Assembly: GCA_036785375.1 (NCBI GenBank) | Contig: JAWMAR010000079.1 | Location: 124,001-188,000, forward strand | Length of the DNA: 64,000 nt | DNA from: Leucoraja ocellata | Lineage: Eukaryota | Direction: 5' to 3' | In this document: one piece after another, positions 48,382 to 62,099 of the stretch | Layout of the letters: each line of letters begins with the position of its first letter | How positions within the stretch are numbered: the stretch's first letter is position 1 | Position numbers and translations under genes: made by a program | Notes under the pieces: model-generated | Told to the model about the DNA's origin: nothing | Databases searched by the model: none | The model's input: only the letters and a program-made list of their open reading frames with translations

Positions 48382-50879
48382 CTAAAAAGAATAGAGATAA
48401 ATACGAAATGAGAATCAAATGCCATTTAATGCATTATAACTTCTCTTTCTAACACGCTGTAGTGCATACCAATTTCTAGTGGGCTAACATGACCTTAGAC
48501 GAACAAAAAAAACAAGCCAGTCATCAGACGTAAAGAGATCAATTGGCGAAGGTATCTGCATGAAGAGCATGGCTAACTACAGTAAATCTTCATTTTAACG
48601 GACCTCCTTAAAACGGATTTTGGTTATAGCAGTGGACCCATCGACGGTTTCTAACATCACCACCGGCTTCATCGTCTCCAAGGCTGGGCTGCTTTCAGGT
48701 GCGCTGCCGACGCCACCAACAGCCACTTCCAGGTCGGCCCACACAGTTTCCCTTGCCACTTCCAGGCTGGGCTGCCGACACCATCTTCCTGGCTGCTTTT
48801 AGGCCGAGATGCCAACACCACCCCTGGCCCACACCGCCCTGCCCGGCAGCTTCCAGGCCAGACCTACTGCTGCCTCTGCCAGCCCACACAGCTCTCTAGG
48901 CCTCTTTCAGGTCGTGCCTGCTGCCGCCTACCCTTACCTGCACTCCAGCCGCCTGCAGGCCGGTACCAACGACTCCACCAATCTTCGCCTCTCCTTGGGC
49001 CAGCAGGTCCAGGCCATCAACTCACCTGGAACTGAGAGTCTGAAAAAGGGTCTCGACCCAAAACGTCACCTATCCATGTTCTCCAGAGATGCTGTCTGAC
49101 CTGCTGAGTTACTCCAGCACTTGCAGTTGTTTGTTTCTGTCCAATATAATGATGGTTTATGGTACTTACATTAACAGGGCCAGGTGGCTGTACAGTAAAG
49201 GGAATCCACAGAAATTGGAAAAAATATTTTAATAACCCAGTATGCCCTAAGAGAACCATAAATGTGCAGGCTGTGAAAATAGATGGAGAGAGACGCCTTT
49301 GTTAAGATTAACACAGCTCTTTTCTGAACTCCTTTCCCAAGACAATGAAATTCTTGACAGTAATAAAAAGGACTCCAAGAAGGCTGGTTTCATTGCCAAC
49401 TTCTTTGTAAATATGAAATAGTCAAAGGTATCGAGTCAAAATAAATATTATTAGAGCATTTCAACAGAGTTCATATCCGAACAGAGTGATTATAATCTCA
49501 ATTCCTCTGTCTCGTGGGACCGTTTGTTCAAGTTACATATCAGTTCCAATAAACACCTGACGTAAAGGCAGTGCATTCAAAAGGAGAGAGCAGGTGGCGG
49601 GAATAGATTACATTTTGTATTTTTCAATCTTAAAATTAATTGTGACTATATGTTAAAGCTGAGTGTAGCCACAAGAATGTAATTCAAAATTTGGCATTGA
49701 TGCAGTTTTAAATCAGGCAGCAAAGTTAGTCTGGTCTGAAATCCTGTTTGTTTACACTAAGGATGAGTTTGATGTGAAATTTAGTGTAATGTTAAAGGAG
49801 AAGTAACAATTAAATCAGTTAATAACGGGCAGGGTTTTACCTTAAAAGACATTGCAGCCAGGGAAGGGTGACCTGATCAGTCATCAAACGTTATAGATCA
49901 TTAGATTATCTGCATGTTGACCCCAAATTGACCATGAGGACATGCTCCACTGATAGCACATAAGGATAGGGACGGATTTCATTATATCAGCTGTTACATT
50001 GTTGCCACTGTCAACCTCAGAGATGTTAAATCCTATATCACCACAGAACTAGGAATCCTGATCTATTGTCATTATTAAATCTCTTAATAACACTTCTGCA
50101 CAACCAAAGTAATCAAACCCCACTCAGATAGGTGGAGACGCTAGTCCGACAGTAATCCAGGAACCTGTGTGTAACACAGCTGTACTAGAGCTAGAACGTC
50201 TTGTCCCTGGTCGTTCAGTCTGTGGTGGGAAGGGTAGTAGCAGAGTTGTTAAAGTTGGTCACAAGTACCCAAATCTGAAAAGGTAAAATAAAGCCAGACT
50301 TTTCACATACAGGGGGAAATGCAGAAATTCAGATTTGCAAATTCAGATATATGGAGAGGCGCATATATGCATTCTGATGTAAATGGACAAATGTATGTTC
50401 ACAATCATATTGAATTTTTAAATGATTATTGAGATGGTCGTTTCCCCACTTTCCATTCCCTCCACCCCACCCTTGCAGATGTCCCTGCTGAGAAAGATTG
50501 TAATCATTTTGGGTTGCAATGACAGAATTCAGTAGATTAAGACAGGATTGTAGCATCACAGTATTCAGAGTGACACGACCACTTTCTCTAAAAGTATGGT
50601 CCTTAGGATGAACACAACAGTGCCCTCCTGCACAGGTTAGAATTAACCATGTGGGTGAAGCCTATGATCTTTTATTTGTATTTATCTGTGGGATGTGGCT
50701 ATTGTGTATAATTGTTGCCTTTTTGTGACTGACATTCAGCTGAAGAGTCAGTGCTCATTTATTTGTTTGTTCTCACACTATAGACAAGGTTGGGTTTATT
50801 GTCTCCTTGAAACTCTGCAGTCCCTTGACTGAAACTGTACCAGTATATCCTAAATCACATTCAAACATTTGGTACATAC

Positions 50880-50989
50880 CTGTGGAAGATCCCAGTGGTA
50901 CAGGGTCACTATGGGCAGAATTTGGCTCTCCTGGAGGGTGTTTATCAGTTCATTATAATAGTCGATTCCTTTGCCATTCACTTGCTCGG
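50880..50989 (-). CDS. LCTL: LCTL exon 4
   Basis: (A)[36 protein letters not shown]; 110 bp. Confidence 0.96.
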
Positions 50990-51145
50990 CTGGAGAATTT
51001 TGAAAGATAAGAAATAGATTATCTATAATGTACAAATTATTTGTAAATACAATCTTTGTTATACTCTACTGTAACTTTCCTAGAGTGAGGACCTCCTCCC
51101 ACAGTTATATCAAGACTCTTATGTAGTGTGATAATACTGCTAGGC

Positions 51146-51376
51146 TACTGAGAATCTGTGGAATTCTCTGCCACAGAAGGTAGTTGAGGCCAGTTCATTG
51201 GCTATATTTAAGAGGGAGTTAGACGTGGCCCTTGTGGCTAAGGGGATCAGGGGGTATGGAGAGAAGGCAGGGATGGGATACTGAGTTGGATGATCAGCCA
51301 TGATCATATTGAATGGCGGTGCAGGCTCGAAGGGCCGAATGGCCTACTCCTGCACCTATTTTCTATGTTTCTATGT
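51146..51376 (+). mobile_element. CR1 3' end
   Basis: CR1 3' UTR (gaagggccgaatggcctactcctgcacctatt) with ttctatgt tail. Confidence 0.85.
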
Positions 51377-51764
51377 ACGTGGCAGTGCCGGAGATCAGAT
51401 TTGGGAGTTGATGTGATGGGGAGGAAAGGTTGGGAGATGTCATTGCTCAGCAGGGAATTTTTAATACTGAGCTGGTATCCGAGTATCAGCAAGTTTGGCA
51501 ATCATGGAGTTATACAGCTATTAACTGACCTCACCCAGGATGATAGATTTATCCTCATAACTCAAAGCACAGAAACAGGGAGAGGAAACAACGTTAGTAT
51601 AATCCTTAGTTACACTTCAGTGCCCATAAATTTGTACAAGGTTGGCCGAGAGTGGAAGGATGTCAGCCAAGGTTAAAGTGGTGGGCATAACAGGCATTTT
51701 TTCCTAATAATACAAAATAATTATAGGAATGGTGGTTTTCAGTTCTGTCCGCCCCATTGCAGGA

Positions 51765-52376
51765 AGGATGTGTAGTGGGCGGGGGAGTCGGGGGAAACTT
51801 TTTCAATCTCTTACCTTGCCGGAGATGCGATTGTTTTCTGGATCGTATCTCCGGTCGCTCTGCGACCTAACATCGTGGAGCTGGAGGCCTTGCTCAGGAC
51901 TGACTTTGAGCCCCTTGCCTGGGCTCGATGCTCCAACTGCGGCCTGCGGCCTTTAACATCAAGGAGCTTGCAGTCTCGGGTTGAGACCAACATCGGGAAG
52001 CTCCAAAAGCCGCAAGACGTTCGACTAGCCCCAACCCATGGTAGATCACCAGCTGAGATTCCCCCCTCCCCCCCCCCCCCGGATGCATGAGCTTGATCAC
52101 CCCGACGAGGAGGCCAGCCGCCGGCTACAGAAGAAAGATCATCCCGTCAACGGAAGGCCCCCGACCCGTGGAGGACAAAGAAGTGAGAGATTGAACTTTT
52201 TTATCCTTCCATCAGTGAGGAATGTGGAGGAGTCACTGTGGTGGATGTTCATGTTAAAATGTATTTTGAGTGTTCTGTTGCTTTTTATTGGTATGACTGT
52301 ATGTTGCATGTATGTTGCACTGTAATTCCTCGTATATGGTGCAAAACATACTTGGCTTATAAAGTATGATTATGAT
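51765..52376 (+). mobile_element. GC-rich non-autonomous retroelement
   Basis: Shares aacatcaaggagct and the ccttccatcagtga...tcactgtggtggatgtt core with other copies; (tatgat)n tail. Confidence 0.55.
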
Positions 52377-53005
52377 GCCATCCTGGTTCTTCAAGCCTGG
52401 TCTGTCACAGCTGTGGGGCAAATGCACAGCTTCTTTCCCTTCCCTTACAGGGTGACTGAGGCCAAGTGTTTACTGAGCAGAAAATGTTTAAAGGGGATTC
52501 CAAACTAAAAAGTGTGAAAATAGAGACGTCATATGTACTCATAGCTCAGGACTATGCCCTTTGGCCCATAAACTTTTTGCCGAACATGACACCAATGTAA
52601 ACCTCACATCTACCTACACATGGTCTATATCCCTCAGTTCCCTGTTCATGTCTCTCAATGCCTTTTAATCATTGCTATTATATCTGATTTCCAAAATCTA
52701 CACATCCTGCCTATAATGTGGCGACCAGAAATGCAAACCAAAACTTTGATTTATATTACAAAGTAAAAATACTTAATACCTGCTTAGTCCCAGAACGTGT
52801 ACCCAGCCTGACACCTTTCCACTCTCTGCCAATCATGTGCAAATCTGTGGATGCTGAAGTGCAGCAAAAGATTATGCTAAAATTCATTTTCTCCCTGTGA
52901 ACAAGGAGGGAATCTGCTCACTTCTGACAGCATTAACATTAGCTTACTAGCATTCAGAGAAGGCCGACTCCCTACCTAGCAAGACAGTAAAGTGAGACAT
53001 GTTAC

Positions 53006-53093
53006 CTTTTATCCCCGTTGGTATGATTCGAGGCCAGGATATAGAAAAGCGATAATGATTGACTTTTAACTCCTTCAACAAGGCAATGTCCTC
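53006..53093 (-). CDS. LCTL: LCTL exon 3
   Basis: EDIALLKELKVNHYRFSISWPRIIPTGIK; tacag/gtaaca; 88 bp. Confidence 0.96.
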
Positions 53094-53624
53094 CTGTAAT
53101 AAAATCAGGTGTTAACCAGGCTTTGCATGCATGAGGAAAATTATGAAGTTACTGGGTCTAGAAGGTTTGCTGGACAGGCTAGGAATTCTTTACCTGGAAT
53201 ATAGGAGCCTGAAGGATTATGTTATGGAGGTTTATAATATCACTAGACCAAGTGGGACACGTTGGGTCCTTGTCACACTGGAGGGCTGGTCCCCGATCGC
53301 AATATTCCACCACTCACCCATAGCCCCCAACTGTGCAGCCGCGGTTGTGACGCCAAAGGTTTGGGATAAGGGCCAGGTGCAGGCAGTTAGGTAATCCAAA
53401 CAATGTATTTTCACCAGAAATACTTGGCGATGGAGGATAGTTACATATAGAATTGCAAATCGAGTCACTTAGAAAAGTGGTCAATAGACCTGATTGACAG
53501 TGGGTGATCCAATCACACCCATTCTGTCAGGAATTTCACCATATTCCACCTTAAACATTTAATTGCCTGCAAAATACCTTGGGATGTGAAAAACTCTAAC
53601 ACAACCCATATTCTATGTTCTTAC

Positions 53625-53785
53625 CTTGAATTTATAATAGCTTTCACAGGATGAGTCCCCTGTTTCATTCAGGAATACTTTTCCTTTCTTATGCGTGAAA
53701 ACATCCCAGATACTGAGACCTTTCCCATCTTGATTCCAAGCTCCTTCTGTCTGGTAGGCCGAACTGCCCACACCCCAGGAGAAAC
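53625..53785 (-). CDS. LCTL: LCTL exon 2
   Basis: (G)[31 protein letters not shown]...SYYKFK; GH1 N-terminal signature; 161 bp. Confidence 0.97.
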
Positions 53786-54129
53786 CTAAAATCAGTAGAG
53801 TACTTAAACACTGGGTTTCACGACAATATATTTGTGCATTGATTGGTACTTGGAAATATTCCAAATTGTTTCAAACTAAGATTAATTAAAGTTCGGTATT
53901 TTTCACATTTCCATACAATGCAGGAGGCCATTCATCTGATTGAGCTTATGCTGGCTGTTAGTAAAATCCCATTATCCCACTTATTTCCCTTGTAATTATT
54001 ATTTCTCATACATTGCAGGACGTCTCTGTTCCGAGTCTATATGCCTGTGATGCTGCTGCAAGCAAGATTTTCATTGTACCTGGATCTCACCACACTTGTG
54101 CATGTGACAATAAACGTGACTCGCCTTGA

Positions 54130-54368
54130 GATCTACCCTAATTCACCAGCCACCCACCTACACTTGGGACAACCTAGTATGACCAATAAACCCAACAACT
54201 CTTATGAGTTTCGGACATGGGAGAAAACTCAAGAGTACCCAGAGAAAAGCCACGTTGTCACAGAGAGAACATGGAAATCGGAGCTAAGATCAGGATCAAA
54301 CCCAGGTCACTGGAGATGTGAAGCAGCAGAACTGCCTGCTAAACCACTGTGTTGCTCATATATGCTGC
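54130..54368 (-). mobile_element. Degenerate V-SINE (HE1-like)
   Basis: Reverse complement of the V-SINE head and core (ggagaaaactcaagagtacccagagaaaagccacgttgtcacagagagaacatg...caggatcaaacccaggtcactggagatgtgaagcagc). Confidence 0.6.
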
Positions 54369-56052
54369 AGCACAGAACGTTTAAAGATGGTACTGCATGA
54401 CTTTCGTCTCTAAATACAAACTGAAGTGATTTTAGAAAATTGGTGTGGAACTGATTGTGTCTGGTCCAGTACGAGATGAGAAACAGAACAACCATGCTGT
54501 CACATGATCTGTAGCTGCACAGGACTGTTCATTAATTCGTATAGTCTGCCATGAACATAGTAAAACATCCAAGGCGTGTCACAAAAGGAGATGGCAAAGA
54601 GAGAACCAAAAGTCAACCAACGAGTTGTGCTTTAAGGAGCATGAAAGGAGGAGAGGGAGGCAGAGAAGTTAGGGTTGGTGTCCAAGTAACTGACAGAGAG
54701 ATTAAAATCCACATTGACTGGAAGGCTGTGAGAGTTGAGGGAACACAGAGATCATAGAGAGTTGTAGCACTAGAGTTTACAGGGATGGATTTCCACTCAG
54801 GGTGAGCAGGGGCAAAATCTTGGAGGAATTTGAAAGCAAAGTTGGAATTTTTAATATCAAGACCTTTATTTAATTTGAAGCCTACATAACTCCCACAGCA
54901 CTGGAGGTGGAAGGAATGCAAATTAGACATATTTCTTAAAGAAAATAACATTTTGAGATTCTGCATGAATAATTTGAAAGGATGTACAGTGGAAAGCAGA
55001 TATCTTTGGACTTAATGTTTCCCAAGGGCTATGCTCACTCACACATAGGAGCACACAAGAACAAGAGAGGTTTCATAAAAAATCTTGGGAGGGTTAGACA
55101 GAAGGACATGTCCATTAGTTGTGAAATCCACAATTAGAAATCATGGATTCATGCTATAATGTCATCTATTTGGGAGAGAGCCGAGTAGAGATTTATTTTG
55201 AATTGTCTGCAGCACCATATATGTGGTGCTTCGTCATTTGCATGTTTGAGGCTTAGATTAGGTAGTTTCTGAGGTTGTAATGAATTAATGGATATTGGAA
55301 AGTTATTGTAAAGTTGAATTATTTTATGGAAGAGCGGAGAGGCCATTCGTTTCAGTTCCTAAAGCTACGTATCATGGGGGCTTTATTCATTTCTAGCCTG
55401 GATTTATTGTGGACTGATTAATAAATCGTCTGTGTACCAATTGATCATTGGGATAGTGGAAGATGAAGCAGATAGATCCTAGTCCTTGGTGCTGTAACAA
55501 TTCCAATATCCTAAAGTCTTTTCAGAATACTTGTTAGATTCAACCAATCAAGATTTTGAATATTTGTCTCTTTTCACCTGGATCTTGATTTGTAAACTTA
55601 GACGGTAAACGCACATACTGTTTCTTATGGGGACTGTCAATAATCTGTCACTACAGGGGCAACAGTCCTTCGTCATTGAAAACTCAATATGATGCATATA
55701 ATCCAGCTTCTGGTAACAAACATTGGCCTGCTCTAAACTGGTAAGAATTCTGAAGCTATTGGACACAGAGAACATATCAAAAGATCAGTTTATTCTTATA
55801 TTGCGTAAAGTTAAGAAACTGTCCACAAATCTGGTATAATGAGAAGATTCCAGAACTGAGAAGGACCAACATTATTTTTCTTGATTATTCTTAAACTTTT
55901 AGATCAGTGACCAGAAATGGACATTCTGTAACAATAGATTTGTTCTGACCATAAAAATCATGCCTTCATCATACAGCATCTTAAAAGTATTCACAGTAAA
56001 TTAATACATCACTCTAGTTCCTAGCTCTACTCGGGCCCTTCAATGTACTTAC

Positions 56053-56173
56053 CAGCAGGGAAAGTCCCATAATAGAAGGATCCGCCATGGTCTTTTGTCC
56101 AGTCAAAGTCCAGAGTCAGGCACAGAGGCAGCGCCAGCAGCAGCCCTCCGTGCAGAACCAGGGGCTGCATCAT
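56053..56173 (-). CDS. LCTL: LCTL first coding exon (signal peptide)
   Basis: MMQPLVLHGGLLLALPLCLTLDFDWTKDHGGSFYYGTFPA then gtaagt donor; hydrophobic leader plus SFYYGTFP; start is 56173 or 56170. Confidence 0.92.
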
Positions 56174-58179
56174 CCTTCAACCTTTATCAGTCCAGTGTCG
56201 TTACCTAGCACCCGATGGCAGCTTCTCCCCACAATCTGTCCACACACAGAGTACAACACGATCATGCAGAAGAGTGCCGCAGAAAAACTAACCACACGGG
56301 CAAGAGCACATTGTAAAGTGAAAGCTGAGGGATGACCCGACAGGTCTTTCAAATTCTGAACTAATTTGATTGATAAATGAAGAGAAAACATGTCCCCATC
56401 TTAATGAATTCACAGTGCAAATGTGAAACTTCTTCCCAAAGGAATAAACGTACAAAGGAGGATGTTATAGAACGAGATGATGGTGGGATCGGATGAATGG
56501 GGAGAATGTGATGCCGTGAGTGAGCACTTGATCTGAATGATCTCTTTCTATGCTGTGCTTTCCATACAAAATAAACCATTATTAACCATCATAGCTTCTA
56601 CCGCAGACACAAGTATCAAAGATATGCACTACCATGTATTTTTTGTCTTGCATTATATTAATTGGCATCCTTGTCATCCAAGTAATTAAAATAGCATTTA
56701 CTGAATTTGTGTGATCATATTGGATCCTCCATTCAGAAAGCCACAATACTGCGTTTGGGCTCTTTCCAAGTTCCTGATGTTGAACATTTGCACCAGATAG
56801 TTAAAGGTATCACCTTGATATAACATTGTTGATTTCCAGACAATATTGTAGAAAAAATGAATTCCTAATGTAATGCTCATTTGTGTTATATACACATCCA
56901 GTCAAGTTTGGCAAATGAGATTAATGAAAGACTGACTGCCACAAATCATCATCTTACCTGTTAACCTTTCTTCATTTATCTGGATGAGAAGATGACACCA
57001 ATACTAGGCACTCAGAATAAATCCACCCTGCAGCCGTACACAGTCCAAAAATAAAGTAAAAATTTGGAGAACAATCTAGCAAACTATTCATTGGTTCCAG
57101 AGAGAGAATGTCATTTGGAATTCAATGATGCGTTAGCAAATTTAGCTGAACTTGACAATTCTCTTTGTAAAGGCCGAGTTTCCCTTGTAAGCAAACTTTT
57201 CTAAGCTGTATTTGAACCAGCCTCTCTTGTGTGTATTTTTGATGACAATACTTCAGTGTGAGGATGAGCTCTGTGTCATTTTCATAGGAATAGTTCTGAA
57301 TGTAAGCATATAAAGGATCACAATGTTGTGCCAGGTTGGAAACAGCTGCTCAGTGGCAAACACTGACAAAGCAAGTTCAACCTCTTTCCCTCTGCCTAGA
57401 TACTGCAATGGGGTGAATGCCTCAGAATTAGAATGGCTCACCCCTCTGAAAAGTATTGCACGTTTTCCAAAAAAAGATCTTTTGCAACAAATCCAAACTT
57501 CTGATAAAATTCCAATGGGGATATTACATTCTTCCAAAGACATGTTGCACTAAACGTTATTCCCTTATCATGTAGCTGTACACTGTGAATGGCTCGATTG
57601 TAATTATGTATTGTCTTTCCGCTGGCCGATTAGCACGCAACAAAGGTTTTGCACTGTACCTCGGTGCACGTGACAATTAACTAAACTGAACTGGACGAGG
57701 GAGTTCATTGTTGTAATTATCTTTTACAGTGAGTTTTAACCTTTCAGTAAGCTTGAGGTAGTTGTTGAAATGTTCAATGATAGGTCATAGTATCTGTATA
57801 GTGACGTTGCCATGTGTGTTTGACCTGATCTTACCCCAGAGTCACAGGACAAGAGTCAGTATGTGCATCAAGTTCCTCGAGGCAGAAGATAGACAATTTT
57901 CTTGCAAGTGAGTGATAATATGGATGCAAATGGATCTCCCTTGGCATATTCACACTTCTACTCAAAATGTTAGCCTAACTGCTCCCCTAAACCGTCATGT
58001 TCTTGTTTCACATATGAATGTTTAGCTTTCAGAGTAATTTGAAAATGTATTAAATGGGCCCTTCAACAGTGCTACTAATCATAGAATGAAACATCTATAA
58101 TGTTGCATTGGGAGTCCAAATTAGCTTGGATTATCTCATGCATGCATCAGTCTCACTGAAATAAGATTCGTAAAATACA

Positions 58180-58376
58180 GATTGTGGAATTCTCTGCCAC
58201 AGAAGGCAGTGAAGGCCAATTCACTGGAGAGTTTACAAGAGAGTTAGATATAGCTCTTGGGGCTAACAGAATCAAGGGATATGGGGAGAAAGCAGGAACT
58301 GATTTAGCATGATCAGCCATGATCACAGTGAATGTCGGTGCTGGCTCGGTGCCAAATTGCCTACTCCTGCACTTAT
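58180..58376 (+). mobile_element. CR1 3' end fragment
   Basis: tgtggaattctctgccacagaaggcagt...cctactcctgcac; same subfamily as 51146-51376. Confidence 0.8.
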
Positions 58377-60406
58377 TGAAGGAGAATGGGATAGGATCAA
58401 TAACACACTTCTATTTAATCCCAGTTCAAATGATATTGGTCCATCTCCAGGCCACTTCAGAACATTCAGTCATCTGACTGCGACAGCTTCAGAATCTTAT
58501 TATCTTTTAAAGGCAGCCTAATCTGTCTAGCACCTGCCACAAAGTTTCATGACCAATGAGCCAAAGTGTTTCCTCAAAACAGCAAAAAAAACACCAACTC
58601 ATTTTGTTTACAATACCTCCCTGGATAAGCCCTTTTTGGTACACACCCTCCTGTTAGTTTAGACTAGTTTAAAGCCTCCCGAGTAGTCCAGCAAACCTGT
58701 CCACCAGGATATTGTTCCTCTTACAGTTCAGTAGCAGCATCTGTGTCTAATACAGGTCACCTCTGCTCCTAATAGGTCGCAGTGGTCCAAATGCCTTCTC
58801 CTGTTCCAGCACATGATGCCCTTTCCTCCTATTCCTGCTGTCATTAGCACTTGAGAGGCAGCAATGTTGGCATTCTCAGTCTTCTGGAATCTTCTCATTG
58901 CACTAGATTTGAAAAACAATTCATGAAGTGCCTGCGTCTTCATTCTGTTGTATTCAGCTTATGTGCTGTTTGGTTCTGAGTCTCATCTGACATGCACTGA
59001 GAGTTGGCTTAAAATGATATTTAATTGTAATGATGGTTTACTTGTCAATGATTAGCTTCAAGTCTATACGGGATAATCCTACAATCATTATGACTAATTT
59101 GAATTTAGAAGTAAAAAGATGTGATGTTAAGATTTATATTCAGAAAAAAAAATGTCATATAGATTGTTACAATCTCCCATCACTAACATATAAACTAAAT
59201 CAATGCCATTTTGCACCCCGCATCTTGACACACATTCTCCCTTTAAAATATAAGAAAAATAAACTTTCCCAACTCCCAAATTCTGAATCTCATTTCATAT
59301 CTCAAATGCTTCTGCCAAATATCCTGCAAATTCAAATAAAATGAGCTCAGGCACAGTACAACAAGGACACCCAATCAAAAATAGCACCCTTCTGTCTTTC
59401 TCCGCAGCTTACATTAACCAAGAACAGTGGCTGTTTGCCCCAGCATTAAGGCTGGCAAAGAGCTTTGTACGCCCTGCTCAGGTGGAGGGTCAACAACATT
59501 GTTTTCAGCAATCAGCCTTCACTAAAATTGTCTCAGGGTACATTCCCGAAAACAATTTAAAGGAAATCTTTTTATCGTGGTTTAATAAATACATGGGGTT
59601 ATGTGCACTTTATGCTGGTACGGGTAATCAATTGCATTGCTACAAACATAGCCAATGCAATACTGTGAACTGTTAAGAAATGTAATGACACCAAGAAGCT
59701 GTCACCAACTCAGCTGTAGATGAGTTATATGGATGCCACACCAGACATTCCCGTCTCCCTGTAATTTCTGCCGACATTCGGTAGACATTCCTCTCTCCTT
59801 GTTAGACTACCCAAGCTTGTTACCATAAACATGGACACTTACTATTGTAATGGTACTTTCAGGAGTTTCTGCACAGGCTTTTTTATTAACAAAACTAATA
59901 CTGCAATAGTGATTAGTCACTATTGGAGATCCTCAGGGGATGCACAGAAGTAATAAAATAATAAAAGATCCCGTGGCCAAGCACAGAGACTGCAGCATGT
60001 GAATATCATTCATACATCCAGCTAACTTTGTTGTCTATTGTTCCAAAACCTCAGCACCCATGTTCCAAGAAAGTTCAAAATTGCGAAAATTTGCACACCC
60101 GCAGAGATGCGTTTCTGATTTTGTCTTCCTAATTCTCAGGGACTTGTCAGTTTTTTGTGCCGATAACACATCTTTATTCAGCACAAAGGTTGCACCGCTG
60201 CAACTGTCGTCCACTGCAGCTGCCCTTCTCATTTCTGTCAAGGAGGTGAAGCAATGAAGACAACACTTTCAAAGTAATGTTTCAGAAGTTATGGTCTGCA
60301 GTTCTCAAAGGCTGTTGTGTTCATACATCCAACTTGCTGTACATTGAAAAAAAATCTGAAGACATCTTTTGTGCTATTAATTTAAAGTCTTGACACAAAG
60401 CATGAT

Positions 60407-60544
60407 TTAGTTATATTCTTCATCCTCTTCTTCTTCCACTTCCTCCTCCTCCTCATCATGTCTTATATGAGTAACAAACTGGGATGTGTTTAACTGTAGC
60501 TGGGTTTGATTGATGGCATTTTCATTGTCTACCTGCATCAAAGA
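60407..60544 (-). CDS. SNAPC5: snRNA-activating protein complex subunit 5 (SNAP19), last coding exon
   Basis: SLMQVDNENAINQTQLQLNTSQFVTHIRHDEEEEEVEEEEDEEYN*; acidic tail as in human; ctacag acceptor. Confidence 0.92.
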   Translation of the reverse strand, partial: SLMQVDNENAINQTQLQLNTSQFVTHIRHDEEEEEVEEEEDEEYN

Positions 60545-62003
60545 CTGTAGAAGGAAATGATTAGCAATAAAAATAAGGTATTCAATAGACACATTAGGTT
60601 AAAGCTATAATGAATCTTAAATAACTTTCACTCCTTAAATTTAAGATTAGAAATACTATTCTATTAAATTACTATTCAATTATTCTAGAATGAATATAAT
60701 ATTAAATGTTTTGCTCCCTTCTTTTTTCTAGTTCAAAACCCATTTTGAGGGGAATTAGTCTGTTGGGTCCCTACATATGAGAACCTTGGAGGGGACAGGG
60801 ATATGGATTACGTAGGCTTGAGGAAGATAACTTTCGATTCTCGGGAAAATTTCACAACCTTATAACATCTCAAATCAATTTACAGTTGTGTTGGAGTGTA
60901 AAGCTGCCAATTTGTGCACAGCAAGCATCTGCAAATAGCAATGGGAAATTGATCAGGTATCTTTCAGTACTGAGGAATAAATTTCAGACAGGGAGATCAG
61001 GAAGAGCTCCTCAAAAGTAATGTTCTGGGATCATTCTCACCGGGATGGGCTCCTCCATTTAATGTGTCATTGAAAATACACAACTTCACCACTGAGAATC
61101 TGGACCAAACACAGGGTACCCCAGATTAATGGGGATTTGTATACCTAGAAAATGGCCTGTATTCTAATTTTCTTTAACGCAAAGTCATGTTATCTGTGCA
61201 TAAATACAAATTGGAAAATAAATTGTCTTTATTCACGTAAATCCTGAGAGCGTGAATCAAATGGGCTTTTATCCTGTGTCAAGAAGGAACTGCAGATGCT
61301 GGAAGATCGAAGGTACACAAAAATGCTGTAGAAACTCAGCGGGTGCAGCAGCATCTATGGAGCGAAGGAAATGGGTTACGTTTCGGGCCGAAACCCTTCT
61401 TCATACTGACTTTTATCCTGGATGGCTTTTAGTTTCTGAATGTAGTCTGAACTGTGCTTATCCAGGTAAGTGAATAGTACACTCATGTTCTGTATTTGTA
61501 CTTTGCACATTTAAAGACTTGAGTGTCATGAGATGATTCACTTTCAGCAGAATTCCCAAGCTTTGACTTGCTCACAATCACAGGATACAGCATTCAAATT
61601 GACAAAAAGAGTACTGGTGACAAGCTGACCAAAGGAGTTAGTGTAGGACAGAACCCAAGAGAAAAAAATAAAAGGCAGGTACACAAATGAGCAAACTACA
61701 GGAAAGCAGAGTAGAAATGCAAGGAAGAAGGTACACAATGGGTTCTTTACAAAGTAATCTATTCAACCTTATTATCTTGTTCTAAATTCCTGCAATATTT
61801 TCTCCAAATAATGGAAAATAGAACAAAGAAATGAGGTCCAAGTATGAATGAAGAAAAGTACATACAAATACTAAAGCATACCAGAATTAAGGCAGCACAT
61901 AACCAAAACAAAATTACAAGCAGTCACTGTGCCTGGCTAATCTTGTCATCTTGGAAATTTTACTAAACATTACAGTATTTACAGCACAAAACACATTTCT
62001 CAC

Positions 62004-62099
62004 CTCCATGGATTCAGGTGTTTGGCCACACTTGTCAGTGCCAACAGTGTGGCCTTCATCTTTGGTCATGATCATGGATCGCAAGGCCAACTCTTCTAC
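62004..62099 (-). CDS. SNAPC5: SNAPC5 coding exon 2
   Basis: VEELALRSMIMTKDEGHTVGTDKCGQTPESME; tgcag/gtgaga; 96 bp. Confidence 0.93.
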
